Of a stretch of DNA of 64,000 bases, positions 1-9,760 are shown piece by piece. The translations under genes were made by a program, and so were the position numbers. Numbering within the stretch: position 1 is the stretch's first letter; every line of letters starts with the position of its first letter. Origin of the DNA: an uncultured bacterium (lineage in GTDB: Bacteria > Chloroflexota > UBA5177 > JANWHV01); assembly GCA_963827235.1 (NCBI GenBank), contig CAWHAE010000009.1:544001-608000 (forward strand). The letters run 5' to 3'. The notes beneath the pieces were generated by a model, which was not told the origin of the DNA, ran no database searches, and saw only the letters and a program-made list of their open reading frames with translations.

Positions 1-2
1 AG

Positions 3-1718
3 CGGGATCGCGAGACGCTGAAGGAGTATTTCGAGCGCGAGGTATTCCCGGTGCTGACGCCGCTGGCCTTCGACCCGGGGCACCCGTTTCCGCACATCTC
101 GAACCTCAGCCTGAACCTGGCCGTCACGGTGACCAACCCCGAGGAAGGCGAGCGTTTCGCGCGCGTGAAGATGCCCGACGTGCTGCCGCGGCTGGTGCCG
201 GTCCAGTCGCCGGGATCGGACAGCCTGCTGGTGGGAACGCCCAGGCAGCCGCAGAGCTTCGTCTGGCTGGAGCAGTTGATTGCCGCCAACCTGCAGAAGC
301 TGTTCCCGGGCCTCGAGGTAACGGAATCCTTTGCCTTCAGGGTGATCCGCGACGCCGACATCGAGATTCAGGAGGACGAGGCCGCGGACCTGTCGCGTAC
401 CATCGAGGCGAGCCTGCTCGAGCGGCGATTCGGCTCCGTAGTGCAGCTCACGGTCGACAGCAGGATGCCGCAGCGCCTGCGCAGCCTGCTGATGAGCAAT
501 CTGCAGATTGGCCCGGACGACGTCTATGCCGAAGAGTGCCCGCTGGGCCTCGTCGACCTGCGCCAGCTTCTGAAGATGGACCGGCCCGACCTCAAGGACG
601 CACCGTTCGCGCCGCGTGTGCCGGTCACCCTGCGTACCTCCGGCGAAGACTTCTTTGCCGTGCTGCGCGGCCAGGACGTGTTTCTGCATCACCCCTACGA
701 TTCCTTCACGCCGGTCATCGACTTCCTGCAGGCCGCGGCCCACGATCCCCAGGTGCTGGCGATCAAGCAAACCCTCTACCGCGTGGGAAGCCATGCGCCG
801 GTCGTCGCCGCCTTGATGGAGGCGGCGACGGAGGGCAAGCAGGTGGCCGTGCTTGTCGAGCTCAAGGCGCGCTGGGACGAGGAGAATAACCTCGAGTGGG
901 CGAGAGCGCTGGAGAAGGCGGGCGTGCACGTCGCCTACGGCATGCTGGGACTGAAGACACACGCCAAGATCGCCCTGGTGGTGCGCAAGGAGCCGGGTGG
1001 TATCCGGCGCTACGTGCACCTGGGAACCGGCAACTACAACGCCACCACGGCGCGTATCTACACGGACATGGGGCTGATGACCGCTCGACCGGAGATCGGG
1101 GCCGATGCCACGGAGCTGTTCAACTACCTGACCGGCTACTCGGTGCAATCGCGATTTCGCAAGCTGCTCGTGGGGCCGGTGAGCCTGCGGGCCAGTCTCC
1201 TCGAGCGCATCGAGCGCGAGATCGAAAGCCATGCCAGGACGGGAAACGGCCACTTGATCTTCAAGATGAACTCGCTGGTAGATCGCGCCATGATCAAGGC
1301 GATATACCGCGCCGCGCAGGCCGGGGTGCGCGTCGACCTGCTCATCCGCGGCGTGTGTTGCCTGCGTCCCGGTATTCCGGGCGTCAGCGCGGGCGTGCAC
1401 GTCACCAGTGTCGTGGGCAGATATCTCGAGCATAGTCGGGTCTACTACTTCCACAACGGCGGCAACGAAGAGATCTACCTGGGCAGTGCCGACCTTATGC
1501 CGCGCAACCTGGACCGCCGCGTTGAGGTGCTGTTCCCGATTGACGACCCCAGTCTGCGCGCCTATCTGCGCAACGACGTGCTCGAGGCATGCATGCGTGA
1601 TACGGTCAACGCCCGCGAATTGCGCGCCGACGGCACCTACATACGCGTGCGACCCGTTCCCGGCGAGCAACCGTTCGATAGCCAGGCTTACTTTATGCAG
1701 CAGGCGCGCACGCAGTAG
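3..1718 (+). CDS. ppk1: Polyphosphate kinase 1 (5' end outside window)
   Basis: Open frame from the window edge (..EVFPVLTPLAFDPGHPFPHISNLSLNL); motifs HHPYDSF, IKQTLYR, VELKARWDE, KTHAK, TGNYN, GSADLMPRNLDRRVE. Confidence 0.97.
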   Translation, partial: RDRETLKEYFEREVFPVLTPLAFDPGHPFPHISNLSLNLAVTVTNPEEGERFARVKMPDVLPRLVPVQSPGSDSLLVGTPRQPQSFVWLEQLIAANLQKLFPGLEVTESFAFRVIRDADIEIQEDEAADLSRTIEASLLERRFGSVVQLTVDSRMPQRLRSLLMSNLQIGPDDVYAEECPLGLVDLRQLLKMDRPDLKDAPFAPRVPVTLRTSGEDFFAVLRGQDVFLHHPYDSFTPVIDFLQAAAHDPQVLAIKQTLYRVGSHAPVVAALMEAATEGKQVAVLVELKARWDEENNLEWARALEKAGVHVAYGMLGLKTHAKIALVVRKEPGGIRRYVHLGTGNYNATTARIYTDMGLMTARPEIGADATELFNYLTGYSVQSRFRKLLVGPVSLRASLLERIEREIESHARTGNGHLIFKMNSLVDRAMIKAIYRAAQAGVRVDLLIRGVCCLRPGIPGVSAGVHVTSVVGRYLEHSRVYYFHNGGNEEIYLGSADLMPRNLDRRVEVLFPIDDPSLRAYLRNDVLEACMRDTVNARELRADGTYIRVRPVPGEQPFDSQAYFMQQARTQ

Positions 1719-1730
1719 GCCGGCACCGAA

Positions 1731-2894
1731 TCACGCGTGCACGAAGAAGGCGGCAGCCAGGATGGCGTAGACCGCCAGCAGCTGCGCCCCTTCCAGCCAG
1801 GTGCTCTCGCCATCGGCGATCAGCAGGTTTGCCAGGCTCACGGCGATGATCACGGCGGCGACTTCGAAGGTGTCGAAGAGCAGATCCAGCGGATGCCCGA
1901 TCAGGGAGCCGGTGATCACCAGCGCGGGCGCTACGAAGAGCGCGATCTGGGTCGCGCTGCCGAGCGCGATGGACAGCGCGAGATCCATTTGATCGTGAAT
2001 GGCTGCCGTCACCGCGCTAGTGTGTTCGGCCGCATTGCCGAGTAGCGCGATCAGAATCACGCCGACGAACATCTGGGTCCAGCCCAGATGCCCGGTCACG
2101 CCTTTGACGCCGTCGACCAGCAGCTCGGAGAGCACGGCCACGATCACCGTCGAGACGAGCAAAACGATCACGGCCCTGCGCATATTGACGCCGCCCTCTT
2201 GCAGCACCGACGATTGCTCTTCGGTATAGAGGTGCGCGTGCGTGCGCAGGGTGAAGAAGAGGCCCGCGGCATAGGCGGCAAGGAGCACAAAGGCGGTCAT
2301 CATGCTCAGATGGCTCAACGTGATATTGGAGACCGGCGACGTAGCCGCCAGCACCGCGGGAACGAGCAGGGCGCCGCCCGCCAGCGTCAACTGCGCCCCG
2401 GCGGCACTGGCAGCGGTGCGGTTGAAGTACTGCCGCTCACGCCTCCAGCCTCCGACCAGAAACGACAGGCCCAGCACGGCCAGGATGTTGCCCAGAATAG
2501 AGCCGACCAGGGACGCCTTGACCACTTCGTAGAGGCCGGCCTGAAGCGCGAAGATGCCGATGATCAGCTCCGTGGCATTGCCGAACGTCGCGTTCAGCAG
2601 TCCGCCGGCGGCAGGGCCGATACGGCTCGCCAATTCCTCTGTAGACAGGCCGATGTAGCGTGCCAGCGGCACGATGGCGAAGCCGCTGGTGAAGAACAGC
2701 AGGGCCGGGCTCCAGTGCAGGATCTCGGCCAGGATCGCCAGCGGCGCGCCGATCAGCAACACGTCGAGGGGGTGGAATGGCCACCGTCGTGCCGGTGGGG
2801 AAGGCGATGCTGCGGGAGGAGAGCTCCCTTGCTCCGGAGGCGCCACGTCCAAGCCGGCAATCCCTTCCCGGGCAGCGCATGCTGTGCCGAACAC
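1731..2894 (-). CDS. cax: Ca2+/H+ antiporter (CaCA/CAX family)
   Basis: Multi-TM protein with alpha-repeat motifs GGLLNATFGNATE and GNAAEH; start uncertain. Confidence 0.93.
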   Translation of the reverse strand: MFGTACAAREGIAGLDVAPPEQGSSPPAASPSPPARRWPFHPLDVLLIGAPLAILAEILHWSPALLFFTSGFAIVPLARYIGLSTEELASRIGPAAGGLLNATFGNATELIIGIFALQAGLYEVVKASLVGSILGNILAVLGLSFLVGGWRRERQYFNRTAASAAGAQLTLAGGALLVPAVLAATSPVSNITLSHLSMMTAFVLLAAYAAGLFFTLRTHAHLYTEEQSSVLQEGGVNMRRAVIVLLVSTVIVAVLSELLVDGVKGVTGHLGWTQMFVGVILIALLGNAAEHTSAVTAAIHDQMDLALSIALGSATQIALFVAPALVITGSLIGHPLDLLFDTFEVAAVIIAVSLANLLIADGESTWLEGAQLLAVYAILAAAFFVHA

Positions 2895-3027
2895 AGTCCG
2901 AAGGGAACTCTCTGCCTTGCTGCCCGGATCTAACTATAGGGGATCTGCCGCGATCCGGCCCATGCGCGCGGGCCGCGCTGCACACCATTCCGCGGCCGTG
3001 GGCCACGGCCCGCCAGGGTGCCGGGCG

Positions 3028-3055
3028 TTCTCACTGAAGCACGCGGTGCTATACT
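3028..3055 (+). promoter_or_regulatory. Putative sigma70-type promoter with extended -10 (TGC-TATACT)
   Basis: TTCTCA(3028-3033)-N16-TATACT(3050-3055) with TGn, upstream of the CDS at 3144. Confidence 0.5.
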
Positions 3056-3143
3056 CTGTCGCGAAGAAGAGCCGGCAAGGCGGTCTTCCCGGCGGGAGAA
3101 CTCGATCGGGAAGTGAGCGGAAGGACGTGGGCGGAACCAGGGC

Positions 3144-3845
3144 ATGATAGTGCTCGGCGATGTTCACGGCCGCTGGCATGACGTGGTCGGCCTGATCGTG
3201 CGTGCGGGGATCCGGGGTCGAGACATACTGCAGCTCGGCGATTTCGGCATCGGTTTTGCCCCGCCCGGACCGGAGGCGCGGTTGCTGGCTCTGCTGGACG
3301 ACGTGCTTGCGTCGCGCGGCTGCCGGCTCTGGGTCATACGCGGGAACCACGATCGACCCGATCGTTGGGCGCCGGAGGCGCCTCGGCCCTGGACCGCGAT
3401 TCATCTCGTGCCCGACTACACCGTGCTGCACTTGGAAGGTCAGGCCGTGCTGTGCGCCGGCGGGGCGGTCTCCGTCGATCGGCGCGCCCGTGTGGTCGGT
3501 GCCTACTGGCCGAATGAAGGCTTCGTCCTCGATGCCGAGCGGTTGGACCGGCTCGATCTCACGGGCCTGTCCATCGTGGCAACACATACGGCGCCGGAGG
3601 GTGCCCACCCTCGCGAGCTCGGTCCCCTGGTCGCTCACTTCGCCCGCAACGATCCCTCGCTGCTGGAGGAGCTGGCGGCGGAGCGGCGGGCCATGGCGGC
3701 CCTGGCAGCCTTGGTCGCCAAACGGGCCGTGCCCCGATTCTGGTGCTACGGGCACTTTCACGACCGCCGGATCGAGCAGATCGGCCCCACGTGCTATCTC
3801 CTGCTCGACGTGCTCGAGTTTGCCGAGGTGCCGCTCATCCGGTAG
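3144..3845 (+). CDS. Calcineurin-like metallophosphoesterase
   Basis: Motifs GDVHG, GDFG, RGNHD, THTAP, GHFH. Confidence 0.9.
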   Translation: MIVLGDVHGRWHDVVGLIVRAGIRGRDILQLGDFGIGFAPPGPEARLLALLDDVLASRGCRLWVIRGNHDRPDRWAPEAPRPWTAIHLVPDYTVLHLEGQAVLCAGGAVSVDRRARVVGAYWPNEGFVLDAERLDRLDLTGLSIVATHTAPEGAHPRELGPLVAHFARNDPSLLEELAAERRAMAALAALVAKRAVPRFWCYGHFHDRRIEQIGPTCYLLLDVLEFAEVPLIR

Positions 3846-4200
3846 CCGCGCCAGCCGGACGGACAGGAACGTCATGGGCCTGGAACAGTTTTGCCGCGCC
3901 GATCTGCGCACAAACCGGACGTCTCAGGCGCGGGTATGCCCTCACGGCACCAGTCCAGCAAGGCAGAGAATGCTGCATCAAGATCTGGCTCGATTGTTGC
4001 TCGAGAGCCCTGGTAGCCATGTGTAGTGCCGGCCTGATTCCAGCTTGCGTGGCTGACCCCGGGGCACTTGGCGACCCGTGCCGGCGCGTCGAGCCACCCG
4101 CGGGTGGCACAGCCGGACATTCGCCTGGCCGATTGGAGACGGCAAAGGCGGCCGCAGTGCTACGATACAGTAACGATCCACTATCGGGAAGGACGCCTGC

Positions 4201-5346
4201 ATGTCCGGGCACGAGCGCGGCAATCTGCTGCTCATCTCTGAAAGCTATAACAACGCCGCTATGTACTATGCCATCGGCTTCCTCTTCGGCGATGAGGTGA
4301 TGTACCTGCACCACGCAGCCGGGGAGACGCTGGTGTGCTCGAACTTCGAGCGCGACGAGGCGGCGCGCCGCAGCAAGATCCGCGATGTGCTGAGCCCGGA
4401 CGATCTCGGCTATTTGGAGCTTGCCCGCCGAGAGTCGGACCAGCACCGCGCGTATGCCGAGCTGGTGCTGCGCCTGCTGGAGCGTTACGGCGTCCACGAG
4501 GTCACCGTCGGTCCCGTAATCCCCCTGCACGTGGTCGACCATCTGCGTGCCCGCGGCGTCTCCGTCACCTGCGATCCCGCCGCCCTCGAGGGCGAGCGTT
4601 TGGTTAAGAGCGCGGACGAGATCGCCGCCGTGGAGACGGCACAGCGCGCCACCGAGCGCGCGATGGACAAAGCAATCGAGGTGGTGGCGGGCAGCGAGTC
4701 GCGAGACGGCGTGCTCGTTCACGAGGGCAGCCCGCTCACCTCTGAACGGCTCCGGGCGATCGTGGACGTTGTCCTGCTCGAGGAGGGCTGTTTCGGCGAA
4801 GGCACGATCATAGCCTGCGGCACCGACGGCGCCGCGCCGCACAACCGTGGGGCGGGTGCTCTGCGGCCCAATCAGCCGATCATCCTCGACCTGTTCCCGC
4901 GCCATCGCGAGCTCCGCTATTTCGCCGACATGACCCGCACCGTGAGCAAAGGAGATCCAGGGCCGGAGATCCGGCGCATGTACGACGTCACGCTTAGGGC
5001 GCAGGAGCTAGCCCTCGGCCTGATCCGGCCCGGCGCCAACGGCAGAGTGGTCTACGAAGCGGTGTGCAGGCACTATGAAGAGGCCGGCTATGCCACGTCG
5101 CTACGCGACGGCGCCTTCCCAGCCAAGGGCTTCATCCACGGCCTGGGTCACGGCGTAGGTCTGGAAATCCACGAGCGACCGAGCCTGAATCGAGTCGACT
5201 CTCCGCTCGAAGCCGGCCACGTGGTGACCGTCGAGCCGGGACTCTACGATCCACGCATCGGCGGCGTGCGCATTGAGGATCTGGTAGTCGTGACCGAGGA
5301 TGGCTGCCGCGATCTCACCCATGGCGAAAGGCGACTGGTGTACTGA
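4201..5346 (+). CDS. Xaa-Pro aminopeptidase/dipeptidase (M24B)
   Basis: DLFP..YFADMTRT, HGLGHGVGLEIHE, TVEPGLY, GGVRIEDLV. Confidence 0.93.
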   Translation: MSGHERGNLLLISESYNNAAMYYAIGFLFGDEVMYLHHAAGETLVCSNFERDEAARRSKIRDVLSPDDLGYLELARRESDQHRAYAELVLRLLERYGVHEVTVGPVIPLHVVDHLRARGVSVTCDPAALEGERLVKSADEIAAVETAQRATERAMDKAIEVVAGSESRDGVLVHEGSPLTSERLRAIVDVVLLEEGCFGEGTIIACGTDGAAPHNRGAGALRPNQPIILDLFPRHRELRYFADMTRTVSKGDPGPEIRRMYDVTLRAQELALGLIRPGANGRVVYEAVCRHYEEAGYATSLRDGAFPAKGFIHGLGHGVGLEIHERPSLNRVDSPLEAGHVVTVEPGLYDPRIGGVRIEDLVVVTEDGCRDLTHGERRLVY

Positions 5347-5348
5347 GC

Positions 5349-5921
5349 GTGCTGCGCAAGTTTCTCACCTTCTACTTCCGAAACATGCGCCGGGGGCCCG
5401 AGCCCCGGGTCAGCAACCGCTACGTGGCGGCTCACCTGGATCGCCAGGCTCTGCCGCGCACGGCACTGACGTTGTTGGCGCTGCTGTGCGTGCTCGTGCT
5501 GATCTTCTTCCTGCACGAGCTGGCGCCGCTGCTTATCATCATGTGCGTGCCGGTCTGCGCCGCCCCGGCCATGGCCTACGCGGCGTCCCCCCTAGGGTAT
5601 GCCATAGACAATCACGGGCTCTATGTAGAGCGGAAGGCGCTCAAGACGGTGAAGATCCCGCTCAGCCAGATCACCAAAGTGCGCTATCTTCCCCGGCCTG
5701 CCCTCCAGGGAGCTATACGGGTCTATGGCACGGGAGGGCTCTTCGGCTGGGCAGGGCGCTATCGCATTCCTAATCTGGGCACCGTGACCATGCACGCGAC
5801 CAATCTGGACCAGCTGATCATCATTCAGCGCCGCTATCGAAAGCCGATCGTGATCAGCCCTGCCGACTCGGAGGCGTTTCTCGCCGGCCTTCGGCAGCAG
5901 TACATGACGCTACAGGCCTGA
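5349..5921 (+). CDS. Membrane protein with bacterial PH-like domain
   Basis: Two N-terminal TM helices; R-x-x-G-T-G-G-L-F-G-W-x-G motif and C-terminal ISPAD typical of bPH_5-type proteins. Confidence 0.7.
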   Translation: MLRKFLTFYFRNMRRGPEPRVSNRYVAAHLDRQALPRTALTLLALLCVLVLIFFLHELAPLLIIMCVPVCAAPAMAYAASPLGYAIDNHGLYVERKALKTVKIPLSQITKVRYLPRPALQGAIRVYGTGGLFGWAGRYRIPNLGTVTMHATNLDQLIIIQRRYRKPIVISPADSEAFLAGLRQQYMTLQA

Positions 5922-6214
5922 GCGCAATCGGCAGGACCTCCAATACGGTGTCAGCACGGACCACGGTGGGTGCCGCGAACCTCTGTCGCATACTCCGGCA
6001 CGGGCGGCAGACGACGAATGCAGATCGCCCGACTGCCGTCAACGGGTGTCGCCGGCTCGACTGCGCCCGAGAAGCTGCATCGGCTGCTATCCCCTGTCTA
6101 CATTGCTCCGATACCGCAAGGAAGGTGCCGTGCTATACATCATCCGCCGGTGCGCGGTGGTAGGATTGTTGGGCTTGAATCGTGTGCTATGCCGTGCCGC
6201 GAGTGAGGTGCCGG

Positions 6215-7603
6215 ATGAGTCAAGTGGTGGTTGAACACAACCGGATCGCAGAGCCGTCGCCAGAGGATCAGGCGTACCAGCGCGACCTGGGCGATGGACT
6301 GCGCCTGCGCTGGTCCACGCCGGCTGACCTCGAACGTCTCGTCGCCCTCTACTCCAACGTCTTTCGCTCGAAGGAGGATTCACCTCCCAACGTCACGCTA
6401 GGGTATTGGGTGAGAGACATGGCCAGCGGGCGCCACCCCCGTATCACCGGATACGATTTTGCCCTGGTCGAGGACAGGAGGACGGGCAAGGTCGTCGCCG
6501 CGACCTGCCTGCTCGCCAATCAAGCGCGGTACGGGCATATCCGCTTCATGATGGGCAGACCTGAGATCGTGGCTACCGAGATTCCCTACCGTCATCGGTC
6601 CCTGCAGCGCGCGATCTTCGGCCTCATCCACGCGCGCAGCGCGGCTCGCGGGCACTTGGCACAGGGTATTACCGGCATTCCCAACTTCTACCGCCAATTC
6701 GGCTACGAATTCGCCATCCCGCTGGAGGACTCGCGACACGTTCACTTCTCCGCCCTTCCCTTGCCGAAAGCAGGGGAACCCACTTCCTACGCGCTTCGCC
6801 CTGCCGTGAAGGAGGATATCCCGCTGTTGCTCGCGCTGTCGGCGCGCGAGCAAGCGTGCTGGCAGATCGCGAGTGTGCTGGATGAAGCGGCGTGGCGCTG
6901 GATGGCCTTTGACTGCGATCCGGCGACGGGAAATCTCGGCGCGACCTACATGATCACCAGGGCTGCCGGCGGCGATACCATCGGCTACCTCATGCTCAGC
7001 CGCATTCGCAGCGGCGACTCGGCGGGCCTCTGGGGCATGGCAGTCAACGAGGGTCAATCTCTGGCCGAGGCTGCACCGCACGCCCTTCGCGCGGCGCGAG
7101 ACGTCGTGGCGACGTTTCCGTGCCGTCCCCAGGATGCGCCGCCTGCCACTCGTTTCAGGCTGGAGATGGGACCGGGGCACGCGATCTTCGATGCGCTCGG
7201 CCCCTACCTGGCACCGCAGAGCGGCGGCCGTTATGCCTGGTGGATGCGCATTCCGGATGTGCCCGCGTTCATCCGGCACATCGCGCCCGTGCTGGAGCAG
7301 CGCCTGGAGCACTCGGTCCTGGCCGGACGGAGCGGCGACTTCTGCATCGGCTTCTATCGCGGCGGGCTGCGTCTCTCCTTCGTGCAAGGCAAGCTGGTCA
7401 CCGTAGAGCCCTGGCAGAAACCCCTCTGGGGAGAATGCCAGGCGGCGTTCCCGCCGTTGATCTTCACGCAGCTTCTTCTGGGATACCGCAGCTTTGCCGA
7501 TCTGGCGTATGCGCACATCGACGTGCGGGCTGATGGAGTAGATCGGACCATGCTGGAAACGCTCTTCCCGCCCCGGCCGTCTTTTATGCTGCCGTTGGAT
7601 TAG
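6215..7603 (+). CDS. GNAT-family N-acetyltransferase (Eis-like multi-domain)
   Basis: PEIVAT..YRHRSLQR, GIPNFYRQFGYE, C-terminal SCP2-like region; ATG 6215 preceded by GAGGTG. Confidence 0.8.
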   Translation: MSQVVVEHNRIAEPSPEDQAYQRDLGDGLRLRWSTPADLERLVALYSNVFRSKEDSPPNVTLGYWVRDMASGRHPRITGYDFALVEDRRTGKVVAATCLLANQARYGHIRFMMGRPEIVATEIPYRHRSLQRAIFGLIHARSAARGHLAQGITGIPNFYRQFGYEFAIPLEDSRHVHFSALPLPKAGEPTSYALRPAVKEDIPLLLALSAREQACWQIASVLDEAAWRWMAFDCDPATGNLGATYMITRAAGGDTIGYLMLSRIRSGDSAGLWGMAVNEGQSLAEAAPHALRAARDVVATFPCRPQDAPPATRFRLEMGPGHAIFDALGPYLAPQSGGRYAWWMRIPDVPAFIRHIAPVLEQRLEHSVLAGRSGDFCIGFYRGGLRLSFVQGKLVTVEPWQKPLWGECQAAFPPLIFTQLLLGYRSFADLAYAHIDVRADGVDRTMLETLFPPRPSFMLPLD

Positions 7604-7607
7604 CGCG

Positions 7608-8819
7608 CTAGAGGCCGGTGCCGGTCAAGGCAAGCGCCAGCATGGCATTGCCGGCCAGGGCACGTTCCATCTGCTCGATGCTGATGCGCTCGTCCGCGAT
7701 GTGACAGTGCTCTTCCAGGCCGGGTCCATAGCCCACGGGCGGTATGCCCGCGTCATGCAGATGCCCTCCGTCGGTGGCGAAGGGCCAGAATCCGGCCGGC
7801 TCGCCACCCAGCGCTTCCTCCGCTTGTCGCACGACCCAGTGGTCCGGCGGCAGGGAGTAGGGACGGAAAATGGACGGCAGGTGCATGCTCATGCCCGCGT
7901 AGCTGAGCATGTCGTCGTGCTCGACGGCCACCGTGCCGCGGCTGCCCGGCAGCAACACCGCATCCAGACGCGTCTGAAGCTCTCGCACCATGGCCTCCGG
8001 CACCTCGCCGGGCACCGTGCGCCAATCCAGGTGGATGCTCACGCTCTCGGGTATGACGTTGATGCTCTCGTTATCGGAGCGGTAGACGGTAGGAGTGAGC
8101 GTTGCCGTCTTAAAATCGGTACGCGTGGCCATCGGCAGATCGCGCAGGGAGAGCAAGAACGCCGCGGCAACCGGGTGCGGATTGACGGCGCGATCTGGCG
8201 TGCTTGCATGTCCCGCCCGCCCGGTGATGGTCACGCGCAGTCCCGTGCGACCGCGGTGCCCGCGCTTGAGCAGGCAGTTGCTTGGCTCACCCACCACCGC
8301 GCAGTCTGCTGTGAGATGAGTCGCCAGGTGCTGCGTACCCAGGCCGCCGATTTCTTCCATCACCACGGCCGTGACGAACACGTCTCCGGCAGGGAGCATG
8401 CCCGCAGCGCGCAGGAGGGGCACGACATAGACCTGGCAGGCCAGCGGGCCTTTCATGTCGGTGGCGCCGCGTCCCCACAGATAGCCGCCGGCGATGTGGC
8501 CGGAAAACGGGTCGGCATGCCAATGCGCCCGATCCCCGGCCGAGACCATATCCATGTGCCCGTTGAACACAAGGCTCCGTCCTGAGCCGGAGCCTCGAAG
8601 GAAGCCAATCACGTTGCCGGCGGCGTCCACCTGCACGTCGTCGTAGGCCAGACTTTCCATCTCTTGCCTGAGCAACTGCGCGACCCGGCCCTCTTCACCG
8701 GGCATGCTGGGAGTCTGTACCAGCCGCGCGGCAAACTGAACCGCCGCATCACGCTGCGCTGCAGCGTGGTTGTGAATGCGTTGACGAGCCTCCAAGACCT
8801 GGCTTCCCTCTGGTCTCAT
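7608..8819 (-). CDS. M20 metallo-hydrolase (ArgE/DapE/YgeY-like)
   Basis: FNGHMD, GRGATDMKG, EEIG, GEPS, GH-x-S-x-P, TDG, H-x-x-DE motifs. Confidence 0.9.
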   Translation of the reverse strand: MRPEGSQVLEARQRIHNHAAAQRDAAVQFAARLVQTPSMPGEEGRVAQLLRQEMESLAYDDVQVDAAGNVIGFLRGSGSGRSLVFNGHMDMVSAGDRAHWHADPFSGHIAGGYLWGRGATDMKGPLACQVYVVPLLRAAGMLPAGDVFVTAVVMEEIGGLGTQHLATHLTADCAVVGEPSNCLLKRGHRGRTGLRVTITGRAGHASTPDRAVNPHPVAAAFLLSLRDLPMATRTDFKTATLTPTVYRSDNESINVIPESVSIHLDWRTVPGEVPEAMVRELQTRLDAVLLPGSRGTVAVEHDDMLSYAGMSMHLPSIFRPYSLPPDHWVVRQAEEALGGEPAGFWPFATDGGHLHDAGIPPVGYGPGLEEHCHIADERISIEQMERALAGNAMLALALTGTGL

Positions 8820-8939
8820 CTTTTATTGAGAGTATAGCGTGCCCACCCGGACCGTTCACCACCCGGAACGAGTTGGCAAGTGCTGCCCCTCAGATTTCCG
8901 CGGGCCAGGTGGCCAGGTGGCGAAGTAGCCAAATGGGCC

Positions 8940-8969
8940 TTGACATCACGGCCCGAGTCGGCCTATACT
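8940..8969 (+). promoter_or_regulatory. sigma70-type promoter upstream of the glpX remnant and rho
   Basis: TTGACA(8940-8945)-N18-TATACT(8964-8969). Confidence 0.7.
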
Positions 8970-9289
8970 CCATCATCCCATACGACTTCCTCGTTATCTC
9001 TTGCCCTGGGCGGCGAGTTTCCACGCGTCCGGACCGCATGGGGATGCCTGCATGCACTACGTCACTCCGGCTGCCGGCATGTGGTGCCTTTGGAGGTTGC
9101 TAGCTACTCAAATCCCATGGTGCTTTCGTCAAAGTCCTTGCCGGCATGGGTCTGCCTTGCTGCCGGTACGGCCGAGACGGCACGGCGCTGAGGAGTGCTG
9201 AGAACTTTATCCATGAGTGACCATCTCGATCATCTCCTCGAGCCAGAGCTCGTACGCTTGCCTCGAGCGACGGCGCCGGCTGCCGGATG

Positions 9290-9760
9290 GACTACGGTGC
9301 GAATTGGCGCGCGAATTGCCTGAAGCCGGGACAAAACCGCTGCTCATTTTGGATGGCGATATCTCAGGCGCCTCGACGGCGCCGATGGAAGACTATTTTC
9401 GTGTCTCTATGTTGATGGGAATTGGCGGGTCGCCCGTGATCGAGCTCGCGACATGTGCGCCGAAACGTTGGGAGTGAGTGAATGTCGATTGTGGCCAAGC
9501 AGTGAGGGGGAAGAAGCAGACAGCGCTGAATGCCGAACTAGACTTCCGCGAGTTTCCGCGCATTTTGACAACCGATGACCTCGAAAAGAATGACAATGTG
9601 TTCTTTACCGCAAGCGGCATCACATATGAAGGGCTATTTCGCGGCGTGCAGTAGACCGGTTATGGCGCGCGCACCCATAGCATCTCTATGCGGCAGCGAT
9701 CAGGCACGACGCGTTGGATTGAGGCGGTGCACCATTGGACGAGATTGACGGATATAGACT
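9290..9760 (+). pseudogene. glpX: Decayed class II fructose-1,6-bisphosphatase (C-terminal half)
   Basis: Translated fragments LILDGDISGA..MLMGIGGSP / ECRLWPS / [48 protein letters not shown] match the GlpX C-terminal half; two frameshifts (~9470, ~9510) and an in-frame TAG at 9652-9654; glpX-rho adjacency is a known gene order. Confidence 0.85.

Noticed and set aside
9110-9200. Possible N-terminal glpX remnant (MVL..VKV..LAAG)
   Set aside because: Similarity is too short and needs several frameshifts; not supportable by eye
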